A program made the translations under genes and the position numbers. Below are positions 1 through 14,779 of a stretch of 64,000 bases of DNA, piece after piece. Numbering within the stretch: the stretch's first letter is position 1; each line of letters opens with the position of its first letter. This DNA is from Eledone cirrhosa (taxonomy: Eukaryota): the NCBI GenBank assembly GCA_964016885.1, contig OZ024740.1, positions 213,466,001 to 213,530,000 of the forward strand, given 5' to 3'. The notes under the pieces are model-generated. The model had not been told where the DNA came from, ran no database searches, and was given only the letters and a program-made list of their open reading frames with translations.

Positions 1-120
1 TTTTCACCATGGACACAGCCAACAAAATATTCACATTGTAGCTAACTTTGAGAAATCAAGTGAGTATTGCCAAAAGGTGTATGCTTGTTTTGTAGACCTC
101 AATAAGTCATATGACCACAT
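1..120 (+). mobile_element. Decayed RTE-like LINE reverse transcriptase fragment
   Basis: Translation ...EKSSEYCQKVYACFVDLNKSYDH matches the non-LTR RT motif EK..EY...VYACFVDLEKAYD. It is cut off by the 39-bp array. Confidence 0.65.
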
Positions 121-127
121 GCATGTA

Positions 128-3100
128 ATTGTGACACCAGCACTACCACCTTACACTGTGGGCTGGATTGTGGCACCAACACTACCACCTTACACTGTGG
201 GCTGGATTGTGCGACCAACACTACCACCTTACACTGTGGGCTGGACTGTGGCACCAACACTACCACCTTACACTGTGAGCTGGATTGGGGCACCAACACT
301 ACCACCTTACACTGTGGGCTGGATTGTGGCACCAGCACTACCACCTTACACTGTGGGCTGGATTGTGGCACCAACACTACCACTTTACACTGTGGGCTGG
401 ACTGTGGCACCAACACTAACACCTTACACTGTGGGCTGGACTGTGGCACCAACACTAACACCTTACACTGTGGGCTGGATTGTGGCACCAACACTACCAC
501 CTTACACTGTGGGCTGGATTGTGGCACCAACACTAACACCTTACACTGTGGGCTGGACTGTGGCACCAACACTACCACCTTACACTGTGGGCTGGATTGT
601 GGCACCAACACTACCACCTTACACTGTGGGCTGGATTGTGGCACCAACACTAACACCTTACACTGTGGGCTGGACTGTGGCACCAACACTACCACCTTAC
701 ACTGTGGGCTGGACTGTGGCACCAACACTACCACCTTACACTGTGGGCTGGATTGTGGCACCAACACTAACACCTTACACTGTGGGCTGGACTGTGGCAC
801 CAACACTAACACCTTACACTGTGGGCTGGACTGTGGCACCAACACTAACACCTTACACTGTGGGCTGGATTGTGGCACCAACACTACCACCTTACACTGT
901 GGGCTGGATTGTGGAACCAACACTACCACCTTACACTGTGGGCTGGATTGTGGAACCAACACTACCACTTTACACTGTGGGCTGGACTGTGGCACCAACA
1001 CTAACACCTTACACTGTGGGCTGGATTGTGGCACCAGCACTAACACCTTACACTGTGGGCTGGATTGTGACACCAACACTACCACCTTACACTGTGGGCT
1101 GGATTGTGGCACCAGCACTACCACCTTACACTGTGGGCTGGATTGTGGCACCAACACTAACACCTTACACTGTGGGCTGGATTGTGGCACCAACACTACC
1201 ACTTTACACTGTGGGCTGGATTGTGGCACCAACACTACCACCTTACACTGTGGGCTGGATTGTGGCACCAACACTAACACCTTACACTGTGGGCTGGATT
1301 GTGGTACCAACACTAACACCTTACACTGTGGGCTGGATTGTGGCTCCAACACTACCACCTTACACTGTGGGCTGGATTGTGACACCGACACTAACACCTT
1401 ACACTGTGGGCTGGATTGTGGCACCAACACTACCACCTTACACTGTGGGCTGGACTGTGGCACCAACACTAACACCTTACACTGTGGGCTGGATTGTGGC
1501 ACCAACACTAACACCTTACACTGGATTGTGGCACCAACACTACCACCTTACACTGTGGGCTGGACTGTGGCACCAACACTAACACCTTACACTGTGGGCT
1601 GGATTGTGGCACCAGCACTACCACCTTACACTGGACTGTGGCACCAACACTAACACCTTAAACTGTGGTCTGGATTGTGGCACCAACACTACCACCTTAC
1701 ACTGGACTGTGGCACCAACACTAACACCTTACACTGTGGGCTGGATTGTGGCACCAACACTAACACCTTACACTGTGGGCTGGATTGTGGCACCAACACT
1801 ACCACTTTACACTGTGGGCTGGATTGTGGCACCAACACTACCACCTTACACTGTGGGCTGGACTGTGGAACCAACACTAACACCTTACACTGTGGGCTGG
1901 ATTGTGGCACCAACACTAACACCTTACACTGTGGGCTGGATTGTGGTACCAACACTAACACCTTACACTGTGGGCTGGATTGTGGCACCAACACTAACAC
2001 CTTACACTGTGGGCTGGAATGTGGCACCAACACTACCACCTTACACTGTGGGCTGGATTGTGGCACCAACACTAACACCTTACACTGTGGGCTGGATTGT
2101 GGCACCAACATTACCACCTTACACTGTGGGCTGGATTGGGGCACCAGCACTACCACCTTACACTGTGGGCTGGATTGTGGCACCAACACTAACACCTTAC
2201 ACTGTGGGCTGGATTGTGGCACCAACACTACCACTTTACACTGTGGGCTGGACTGTGGCACCAACACTAACACCTTACACTGTGGGCTGGATTGTGGCAC
2301 CAACACTAACACCTTACACTGTGGGCTGGATTGTGGCACCAACACTAACACCTTACAATGTGGGCTGGATTGTGGCACCGACACTACCACTTTACACTGT
2401 GGGCTGGATTGTGGCACCAACACTAACACCTTACACTGTGGGCTGGATTGTGGTACCAACACTAACACCTTACACTGTGGGCTGGATTGTGGCACCAACA
2501 CTAACACCTTACACTGTGGGCTGGATTGTGGCACCGACACTACCACTTTACACTGTGGGCTGGATTGTGGCACCAACACTACCACCTTACACTGTGGGCT
2601 GGATTGTGGCACCAACACTAACACCTTACACTGTGGGCTGGATTGTGGTACCAACACTAACACCTTACACTGTGGGCTGGATTGTGGCACCAGCACTACC
2701 ACCTTACACTGTGGGCTGGATTGTGCCACCAACACTACCATCTTACACTGTGGGCTGGACTGTGGCACCAACACTAACACTGTGGGCTGGATTGTGGCAC
2801 CAGCACTACCACCTTACACTGTGGGCTGGATTGTGGCACCAACACTACCACCTTACACTGTGGGCTGGATTGTGGCACCAACACTACCACCTTACACTGT
2901 GGGCTGGACTGTGGGACCAACACTACCACCTTACACTGTGGGCTGGATTGTGACACCAGCACTAACACCTTACACTGTGGGCTGGATTGTGGGACCAACA
3001 CTAACACCTTACACTGTGGGCTGGATTGTGGGACCAACACTACCACCTTACACTGTGGGCTGGACTGTGGCACCAACACTACCACCTTACACTGTGGGCT

Positions 3101-6100
3101 GGATTGTGGCACCAACACTACCATCTTACACTGTGGGCTGGATTGTGGCACCAACACTACCATCTTACACTGTGGGCTGGATTGTGGCACCAACACTAAC
3201 ACCTTACACTGTGGGCTGGATTGTGGGACCAACACTACCACCTTACACTGTGGGCTGCATTGTGGCACCAGCACTACCACCTTACACTGTGGGCTGGATT
3301 GTGGCACCAACACTACCACTTTACGCTGTGGGCTGGATTGTGGCACCAACACTACCACCTTACACTGTGGGCTGGATTGTGGCACCAACACTACCACCTT
3401 ACACTGTGGGCTGGATTGTGGCACCAACACTACCACTTTACACTGTGGGCTGGATTGTGGCACCAACACTACCACCTTACACTGTGGGCTGGATTGCGGC
3501 ACCAACACTACCACCTTACACTGTGGGCTGGATTGTGGCACCAACACTAACACCTTACACTGTGGGCTGGATTGTGGCACCAACACTACCACCTTACACT
3601 GTGGGCTGGATTGTGGCACCAACACTAATACCTTGCACTGTGGGCTGGATCGTGGCACCAACACTACCACTTTACACTGTGGGCTGGACTGTGGCACCAA
3701 CACTACCACCTTACACTGTGGGCTGGATTGTGGCACCAACACTAACACCATACACTGTGGGCTGGATTGTGGCACCAACACTACCACCTTACACTGTGGG
3801 CTGGATTGTGGCACCAACACTAACACCTTACACTGTGGGCTGGATTGTGAAACCAGCACTAACACCTTACACTGTGGGCTGGATTGTGGGACCAACACTA
3901 ACACCTTACACTGTGGGCTGGATTGTGGGACCAACACTACCACCTTACACTGTGGGCTGGACTGTGGCACCAACACTACCACCTTACACTGTGGGCTGGA
4001 TTGTGGCACCAACACTACCATCTTACACTGTGGGCTGGATTGTGGGACCAACACTACCATCTTACACTGTGGGCTGGATTGTGGCACCAACACTAACACC
4101 TTACACTGTGGGCTGGATTGTGGGACCAACACTACCACCTTACACTGTGGGCTGGATTGTGGTACCAACACTAACACCTTACACTGTGGGCTGGATTGTG
4201 GCACCAGCACTACCACCTTACACTGTGGGCTGGATTGTGGCACCAACACTACCACTTTACGCTGTGGGCTGGATTGTGGCACCAACACTACCACCTTACA
4301 CTGTGGGCTGGATTGTGGCACCAACACTACCACCTTACACTGTGGGCTGGATTGTGGCACCAACACTACCACTTTACACTGTGGGCTGGATTGTGGCACC
4401 AACACTAACACCTTACACTGTGGGCTGGATTGCGGCACCAACACTACCACCTTACACTGTGGGCTGGATTGTGGCACCAACACTAACACCTTACACTGTG
4501 GGCTGGATTGTGGCACCAACACTACCACCTTACACTGTGGGCTAGATTGTGGCACCAAAACCAATACCTTACACTGTGGGCTGGATCGTGGCACCAACAC
4601 TACCACTTTACACTGTGGGCTGGACTGTGGCACCAACACTACCACCTTACACTGTGGGCTGGATTGTGGCACCAACACTAACACCTTACACTGTGGGCTG
4701 GATTGTGGCACCAACACTACCACCTTACACTGTGGGCTGGATTGTGGTACCAACACTACCACCTTACACTGTGGGCTGGATTGTGGCACCAACACTACCA
4801 CCTTACACTGTGGGCTGGATTGTGGGACCAACACTACCACCTTACACTGTGGGCTGGACTGTGGTACCGACACTAACACCTTACACTGTGGGCTGGATTG
4901 TGGCACCAACACTACCATCTTACACTGTGGGCTGGACTGTGGCACCAACACTAACACCTTACACTGTGGGCTGGATTGTGGCACCAACACTACCACTTTA
5001 CACTGTGGGCTGTACTGTGGCACCAACACTACCACCTTACACTGTGGGCTGGATTGTGGCACCAACACTACCACCTTACACTGTGGGCTGGATTGTGGCA
5101 CCAACACTAACACCTTACACTGTGGGCTGGATTGTGGCACCAACACTACCACCTTACACTGTGGGCTGGATTGTGGGACCAACACTACCACCTTACACTG
5201 TGGGCTGGACTGTGGCACCGACACTAACACCTTACACTGTGGGCTGGATTGTGGCACCAACACTACCATCTTACACTGTGGGCTGGACTGTGGCACCAAC
5301 ACTAACACCTTACACTGTGGGCTGGATTGTGGCACCAGCACTACCACCTTACACTGTGGGCTGGATTGTGGCACCAACACTACCACCTTACACTGTGGGC
5401 TGGATTGTGACACCAGCACTAACACCTTACACTGTGGGCTGGATTGTGGGACCAACACTACCACCTTACACTGTGGGCTGGATTGTGGGACCAACACTAA
5501 CACCTTACACTGTGGGCTGGATTGTGGGACCAACACTAACACCTTACACTGTGGGCTGGATTGTGGGACCAACACTACCACCTTACACTGTGGGCTGGAC
5601 TGTGGCACCAACACTACCACCTTACACTGTGGGCTGGATTGTGGCACCAACACTACCATCTTACACTGTGGGCTGGATTGTGGCACCAACACTACCATCT
5701 TACACTGTGGGCTGGATTGTGGCACCAACACTAACACCTTACACTGTGGGCTGGATTGTGGGACCAACACTACCACCTTACACTGTGGGCTGGACTGTGG
5801 CACCAACACTACCACCTTACACTGTGGGCTGGATTGTGGCACCAACACTACCATCTTACACTGTGGGCTGGATTGTGGCACCAACACTACCACCTTACAC
5901 TGTGGGCTGGATTGTGGCACCAACACTACCACCTTACACTGTGGGCTGGATTGTGGCACCAACACTACCACCTTACACTGTGGGCTGGATTGTGGGACCA
6001 ACACTACCACCTTACACTGTGGGCTGGACTGTGGCACCGACACTAACACCTTACACTGTGGGCTGGATTGTGGCACCAACACTACCATCTTACACTGTGG

Positions 6101-9100
6101 GCTGGACTGTGGCACCAACACTAACACCTTACACTGTGGGCTGGATTGTGGCACCAACACTACCACTTTACACTGTGGGCTGTACTGTGGCACCAACACT
6201 ACCACCTTACACTGTGGGCTGGATTGTGGCACCAACACTACCACCTTACACTGTGGGCTGGATTGTGGCACCAACACTACCACCTTACACTGTGGGCTGG
6301 ATTGTGGCACCAACACTACCATCTTACACTGTGGGCTGGACTGTGGCACCAACACTAACACCTTACACTGTGGGCTGGATTGTGGCACCAGCACTACCAC
6401 CTTACACTGTGGGCTGGATTGTGGCACCAACACTACCACCTTACACTGTGGGCTGGATTGTGACACCAGCACTAACACCTTACACTGTGGGCTGGATTGT
6501 GGGACCAACACTACCACCTTACACTGTGGGCTGGATTGTGGGACCAACACTAACACCTTACACTGTGGGCTGGATTGTGGGACCAACACTAACACCTTAC
6601 ACTGTGGGCTGGACTGTGGCACCAACACTACCACCTTACACTGTGGGCTGGATTGTGGCACCAACACTACCATCTTACACTGTGGGCTGGATTGTGGCAC
6701 CAACACTACCATCTTACACTGTGGGCTGGATTGTGGCACCAACACTAACACCTTACACTGTGGGCTGGATTGTGGGACCAACACTACCACCTTACACTGT
6801 GGGCTGGACTGTGGCACCAACACTACCACCTTACACTGTGGGCTGGATTGTGGCACCAACACTACCACCTTACACTGTGGGCTGGATTGTGGCACCAACA
6901 CTACCACCTTACACTGTGGGCTGGATTGTGGGACCAACACTACCACCTTACACTGTGGGCTAGATTGTGGCACCAACACTAATACCTTACACTGTGGGCT
7001 GGATCGTGGGACCAACACTACCACCTTACACTGTGGGCTGGACTGTGGCACCAACACTACCACCTTACACTGTGGGCTGGATTGTGGCACCAACACTAAC
7101 ACCTTACACTGTGGGCTGGATTGTGGCACCAACACTACCACCTTACACTGTGGGCTGGATTGTGGCACCAACACTACCACCTTACACTGTGGGCTGGATT
7201 GTGGCACCAACACTACCACCTTACACTGTGGGCTGGATTGTGGGACCAACACTACCACCTTACACTGTGGGCTGGACTGTGGCACCGACACTAACACCTT
7301 ACACTGTGGGCTGGATTGTGGCACCAACACTACCATCTTACACTGTGGGCTGGACTGTGGCACCAACACTAACACCTTACACTGTGGGCTGGATTGTGGC
7401 ACCAACACTACCACTTTACACTGTGGGCTGTACTGTGGCACCAACACTACCACCTTACACTGTGGGCTGGATTGTGGCACCAACACTACCACCTTACACT
7501 GTGGGCTGGATTGTGGCACCAACACTACCACCTTACACTGTGGGCTGGATTGTGGCACCAACACTACCACCTTACACTGTGGGCTGGATTGTGGGACCAA
7601 CACTACCACCTTACACTGTGGGCTGGACTGTGGCACCGACACTAACACCTTACACTGTGGGCTGGATTGTGGCACCAACACTACCATCTTACACTGTGGG
7701 CTGGACTGTGGCACCAACACTAACACCTTACACTGTGGGCTGGATTGTGGCACCAGCACTACCACCTTACACTGTGGGCTGGATTGTGGCACCAACACTA
7801 CCACCTTACACTGTGGGCTGGATTGTGACACCAGCACTAACACCTTACACTGTGGGCTGGATTGTGGGACCAACACTACCACCTTACACTGTGGGCTGGA
7901 TTGTGGGACCAACACTAACACCTTACACTGTGGGCTGGATTGTGGGACCAACACTAACACCTTACACTGTGGGCTGGATTGTGGGACCAACACTAACACC
8001 TTACACTGTGGGCTGGACTGTGGCACCAACACTACCACCTTACACTGTGGGCTGGATTGTGGCACCAACACTACCATCTTACACTGTGGGCTGGATTGTG
8101 GCACCAACACTACCATCTTACACTGTGGGCTGGATTGTGGCACCAACACTAACACCTTACACTGTGGGCTGGATTGTGGGACCAACACTACCACCTTACA
8201 CTGTGGGCTGGACTGTGGCACCAACACTACCACCTTACACTGTGGGCTGGATTGTGGCACCAACACTACCATCTTACACTGTGGGCTGGATTGTGGCACC
8301 AACACTACCACCTTACACTGTGGGCTGGATTGTGGCACCAACACTACCACCTTACACTGTGGGCTGGATTGTGGCACCAACACTACCACCTTACACTGTG
8401 GGCTGGATTGTGGCACCAACACTACCATCTTACACTGTGGGCTGGATTGTGGCACCAACACTACCACCTTACACTGTGGGCTGGATTGTGGCACCAACAC
8501 TACCACCTTACACTGTGGGCTGGACTGTGGAACCAACACTACCACCTTACACTGTGGGCTAGATTGTGGCACCAACACTACCACTTTACACTGTGGGCTG
8601 GACTGTGGCACCAACACTACCACCTTACACTGTGGGCTGGACTGTGGCACCAACACTAACACCTTACACTGTGGGCTGGACTGTGGCACCAACACTAACA
8701 CCTTACACTGTGGGCTGGATTGTGACACCAGCACTAACACCTTACACTGTGGGCTGGATTGTGGGACCAACACTAACACCTTACACTGTGGGCTGGATTG
8801 TGGGACCAACACTAACACCTTACACTGTGGGCTGGATTGTGGGACCAACACTAACACCTTACACTGTGGGCTGGATTGTGACACCAGCACTAACACCTTA
8901 CACTGTGGGCTGGATTGTGGGACCAACACTAACACCTGACACTGTGGGCTGGATTGTGGGACCAACACTAACACCTTACACTGTGGGCTGGATTGTGGCA
9001 CCAACACTACCACTTTACACTGTGGGCTGGATTGTGGCACCAACACTACCACCTTACACTGTGGGCTGGACTGTGGCACCAACACTACCACCTTACACTG

Positions 9101-12100
9101 TGGGCTGGATTGTGGCACCAACACTACCACCTTACACTGTGGGCTGGATTGTGGCACCAACACTACCACCTTACACTGTGGGCTGGACTGTGGCACCAAC
9201 ACTACCACCTTACACTGTGGGCTGGATTGTGGCACCAACACTACCATCTTACACTGTGGGCTGGATTGTGGCACCAACACTACCATCTTACACTGTGGGC
9301 TGGATTGTGGCACCAACACTAACACCTTACACTGTGGGCTGGATTGTGGGACCAACACTACCACCTTACACTGTGGGCTGGACTGTGGCACCAACACTAC
9401 CACCTTACACTGTGGGCTGGATTGTGGCACCAACACTACCATCTTACACTGTGGGCTGGATTGTGGCACCAACACTACCACCTTACACTGTGGGCTGGAT
9501 TGTGGCACCAACACTACCACCTTACACTGTGGGCTGGATTGTGGCACCAACACTACCACCTTACACTGTGGGCTGGATTGTGGGACCAACACTACCACCT
9601 TACACTGTGGGCTGGACTGTGGCACCGACACTAACACCTTACACTGTGGGCTGGATTGTGGCACCAACACTACCATCTTACACTGTGGGCTGGACTGTGG
9701 CACCAACACTAACACCTTACACTGTGGGCTGGATTGTGGCACCAACACTACCACTTTACACTGTGGGCTGTACTGTGGCACCAACACTACCACCTTACAC
9801 TGTGGGCTGGATTGTGGCACCAACACTACCACCTTACACTGTGGGCTGGATTGTGGCACCAACACTACCACCTTACACTGTGGGCTGGATTGTGGCACCA
9901 ACACTACCATCTTACACTGTGGGCTGGACTGTGGCACCAACACTAACACCTTACACTGTGGGCTGGATTGTGGCACCAGCACTACCACCTTACACTGTGG
10001 GCTGGATTGTGGCACCAACACTACCACCTTACACTGTGGGCTGGATTGTGACACCAGCACTAACACCTTACACTGTGGGCTGGATTGTGGGACCAACACT
10101 ACCACCTTACACTGTGGGCTGGATTGTGGGACCAACACTAACACCTTACACTGTGGGCTGGATTGTGGGACCAACACTAACACCTTACACTGTGGGCTGG
10201 ACTGTGGCACCAACACTACCACCTTACACTGTGGGCTGGATTGTGGCACCAACACTACCATCTTACACTGTGGGCTGGATTGTGGCACCAACACTACCAT
10301 CTTACACTGTGGGCTGGATTGTGGCACCAACACTAACACCTTACACTGTGGGCTGGATTGTGGGACCAACACTACCACCTTACACTGTGGGCTGGACTGT
10401 GGCACCAACACTACCACCTTACACTGTGGGCTGGATTGTGGCACCAACACTACCACCTTACACTGTGGGCTGGATTGTGGCACCAACACTACCACCTTAC
10501 ACTGTGGGCTGGATTGTGGGACCAACACTACCACCTTACACTGTGGGCTAGATTGTGGCACCAACACTAATACCTTACACTGTGGGCTGGATCGTGGGAC
10601 CAACACTACCACCTTACACTGTGGGCTGGACTGTGGCACCAACACTACCACCTTACACTGTGGGCTGGATTGTGGCACCAACACTAACACCTTACACTGT
10701 GGGCTGGATTGTGGCACCAACACTACCACCTTACACTGTGGGCTGGATTGTGGCACCAACACTACCACCTTACACTGTGGGCTGGATTGTGGCACCAACA
10801 CTACCACCTTACACTGTGGGCTGGATTGTGGGACCAACACTACCACCTTACACTGTGGGCTGGACTGTGGCACCGACACTAACACCTTACACTGTGGGCT
10901 GGATTGTGGCACCAACACTACCATCTTACACTGTGGGCTGGACTGTGGCACCAACACTAACACCTTACACTGTGGGCTGGACTGTGGCACCAACACTAAC
11001 ACCTTACACTGTGGGCTGGATTGTGGCACCAGCACTACCACCTTACACTGTGGGCTGGATTGTGGCACCAACACTACCACCTTACACTGTGGGCTGGATT
11101 GTGACACCAGCACTAACACCTTACACTGTGGGCTGGATTGTGGGACCAACACTACCACCTTACACTGTGGGCTGGATTGTGGGACCAACACTAACACCTT
11201 ACACTGTGGGCTGGATTGTGGGACCAACACTAACACCTTACACTGTGGGCTGGATTGTGGGACCAACACTAACACCTTACACTGTGGGCTGGACTGTGGC
11301 ACCAACACTACCACCTTACACTGTGGGCTGGATTGTGGCACCAACACTACCATCTTACACTGTGGGCTGGATTGTGGCACCAACACTACCATCTTACACT
11401 GTGGGCTGGATTGTGGCACCAACACTAACACCTTACACTGTGGGCTGGATTGTGGGACCAACACTACCACCTTACACTGTGGGCTGGACTGTGGCACCAA
11501 CACTACCACCTTACACTGTGGGCTGGATTGTGGCACCAACACTACCATCTTACACTGTGGGCTGGATTGTGGCACCAACACTACCACCTTACACTGTGGG
11601 CTGGATTGTGGCACCAACACTACCACCTTACACTGTGGGCTGGATTGTGGCACCAACACTACCACCTTACACTGTGGGCTGGATTGTGGCACCAACACTA
11701 CCATCTTACACTGTGGGCTGGATTGTGGCACCAACACTACCACCTTACACTGTGGGCTGGATTGTGGCACCAACACTACCACCTTACACTGTGGGCTGGA
11801 CTGTGGAACCAACACTACCACCTTACACTGTGGGCTAGATTGTGGCACCAACACTACCACTTTACACTGTGGGCTGGACTGTGGCACCAACACTACCACC
11901 TTACACTGTGGGCTGGACTGTGGCACCAACACTAACACCTTACACTGTGGGCTGGACTGTGGCACCAACACTAACACCTTACACTGTGGGCTGGATTGTG
12001 ACACCAGCACTAACACCTTACACTGTGGGCTGGATTGTGGGACCAACACTAACACCTTACACTGTGGGCTGGATTGTGGGACCAACACTAACACCTTACA

Positions 12101-12885
12101 CTGTGGGCTGGATTGTGGGACCAACACTAACACCTTACACTGTGGGCTGGATTGTGACACCAGCACTAACACCTTACACTGTGGGCTGGATTGTGGGACC
12201 AACACTAACACCTGACACTGTGGGCTGGATTGTGGGACCAACACTAACACCTTACACTGTGGGCTGGATTGTGGCACCAACACTACCACTTTACACTGTG
12301 GGCTGGATTGTGGCACCAACACTACCACCTTACACTGTGGGCTGGACTGTGGCACCAACACTACCACCTTACACTGTGGGCTGGATTGTGGCACCAACAC
12401 TACCACCTTACACTGTGGGCTGGATTGTGGCACCAACACTACCACCTTACACTGTGGGCTGGATTGTGGCACCAACACTACCAACTTACACTGTGGGCTG
12501 GATTGTGGCACCAACACTACCACTTTACACTGTGGGCTGGATTGTGGCACAAACACTACCACCTTACACTGTGGGCTGGATTGTGGCACCAACACTACCA
12601 CCTTACACTGTGGGCTGGATTGTGACACCAACACTACCACCTTACACTGTGGGCTGGATTGTGGCACCAACACTAACACCTTACACTGTGGGCTGGATTG
12701 TGGCACCAACACTACCACCTTACACTGTGGGCTGGATTGTGGCACCAACACTACCACCTTACACTGTGGGCTGGATTGTGGCACCAACACTAACACCTTA
12801 CACTGTGGGCTGGATTGTGGCACCAACACTAACACCTTACACTGGATTGTGGCACCAACACTACCACTTTACAGAGTAGGCTGAG
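128..12885. repeat. Minisatellite array, 39-bp unit CCTTACACTGTGGGCTGGATTGTGGCACCAACACTA(C/A)CA, ~327 copies
   Basis: Directly visible tandem repeat with 13-aa periodicity in all ORFs. A few units have 8-bp deletions (~1520, ~1630, ~1700, ~2780, ~12840). Confidence 0.99.
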
Positions 12886-13012
12886 TATATATATAAATCA
12901 TTAAAATGAAAGTTAACAACATTCAACTTGGAATATTAACATAAAGGTGCAAATAAAGAAAAATTAATAATGTATATACATATCATCATTTAACGTCCAT
13001 TTTCTATGCAAG

Positions 13013-13294
13013 CTTATATAAAATAGGGTGAAGACCTTAAAAGACGGAAAAAGAAGTTGCCATCAGCCGCTATGAGGAATTGAACCTGGTATCTCCCAGA
13101 CAGTGGCTATGTGCTGGTACAACGAGCCTAGCCAGTAGCTGAGAGATATGGGGTCCGATGAACCTGGTATCTCCCAGATAGTGGCTATGTGCTGGTACAA
13201 CGAGCCTAGCCAGTAGCTGAGAGATATGGGGTCCGATTCCTCATAGCAGCGACAGCAACTTCTATCTTTAAAGGTCTTCACCATATTTTATAAG
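13013..13294. mobile_element. Fold-back element: ~60-65 bp inverted arms around a 2 x 78-bp tandem duplication
   Basis: Left arm TATAAAATAGGGTGAAGACCTTAAAAGA..GAAGTTGC..GCTATGAGGAAT is the reverse complement of 13237-13294. Units 13081-13158 and 13159-13236 differ at one base. Confidence 0.8.
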
Positions 13295-13357
13295 ATATTT
13301 TATAACATCTGTGTGCATGAGTACATCATACTTTATATTAACTTTATCGAGAGATAT

Positions 13358-13401
<44 letters not shown>

Positions 13402-13513
13402 GTTCCTGTATGAGCAAGACCTGGTCACCCGACCTGGCATTGCCCACAATAGGACAGCCCGTCTAACTCATACTAGCGTGGAAGAGTGGATGTAAAATGG
13501 TAATGATGATGAT
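13402..13513 (+). mobile_element. 3' half of RTE-tailed SINE with (GAT)n tail
   Basis: CCCGTCTAACTCATACTAGCGTGGAAGAGTGGATGTAAAATG..GATGATGAT matches the tails at 51151-51212, 47788-47850 and 61408-61470. Confidence 0.75.
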
Positions 13514-13639
13514 ACATATTATATACACATACATATATATATACACACACACACACATACACACACACACATATACACATATATATATATATATATACAC
13601 ACATATAGACAGGCACATATATATATATATATATATATA

Positions 13640-13900
13640 GTAAAAAATTGAACGGGAACAAAACAGAGAGGCAGTACGAACAAAGGTTTATTAGTTTCAC
13701 GCCCTTGAGAGTGGGGTGGTGGTGGGGAACGACGTTTCGGGCATAAGCCCTTCTTCAGGTGAAAAGTGTGTGGGAAGAGAGTTCCAAGGGTGTGTAGGGG
13801 AGTGGTGGAGAGACATATAGCAAAGAGGGGGTGAGAGGAAACGGTGCAAATGAAATTAAAAATAAAGGCATGATCAAAATAAAATTAAAATGGAGTAAAA
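13640..13900 (-). mobile_element. Penelope-type terminal repeat (pLTR) with a minimal hammerhead motif
   Basis: Minus strand reads CCTGAAGAAGGGCTTATGCCCGAAACGTCG (~13730-13759). Homologous to 63300-63580 (+). Embedded in TA/CA microsatellites. Confidence 0.65.
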
Positions 13901-14158
13901 CAGGTGGTGGAAGGGTGTGGAGCGTGTAGGGGTGGTGGCGGGTGGAGTGGGGAGAGGGAGACGGGGTGTCCGAGCGGGGAGGGCTGAAGGTGGTGTGTGT
14001 GTGTAGGTGTACGTGTGTGTGTGTGTGTGTATGTGAAAGCAAGGGTTGGGGGAAGAACGGGGTTGCATGTTCAGGAAGAGGTGTGAGTGGGGTGGGGTGT
14101 AGGTCGGTGCGTGTGTGGATAGAGGGGTGGGGGGGGGGGGGGGGATATATATATATGT

Positions 14159-14206
<48 letters not shown>

Positions 14207-14779
14207 AATTATAAATATCATGGTAATTGTTTATCAATAATAGCATAAGTTAATTATTGATGGATAAATTACAACTTAGGTTGCAATTTGGTGCAGAGAA
14301 GATAAAATAAATAAGAGAGAGCAAAAATAAGAGAGATCTGAGCCAAACAAATGATTTATAAATAATTAGGAGAATCTAGGTCAATTTAGTACACTAATAT
14401 ATCACCTAATAACTTTTGTTTGTTTTTTATTGTAGGTTTTATTTCATTGCTTTTTTTTCCTGTTCAAACATTGTTTTGAAACAAAGACAGTTTTACTGAC
14501 AAAATATTTATTTTTATAGATAGATAATAAAATTAAGTATTTGTTTTTATCACAAATATTTTTTATTAGTTTTTATAACCAGCTGAACATCCATTTTTTA
14601 TGATTGCATAGAAAAGTATGCAACGTGATATCATTTTCAATTCAACAAAATGCATTGAAATTTTGAGTTAAAAATAAAGATTTTTTTTTTTAGTTCACTT
14701 TAAGCCTAAATATATAACTGCCTGCCTGGTTTAAAAGTTTGATTTGTAACCACATGGGTTATGGACTGGCAACTCAAGC

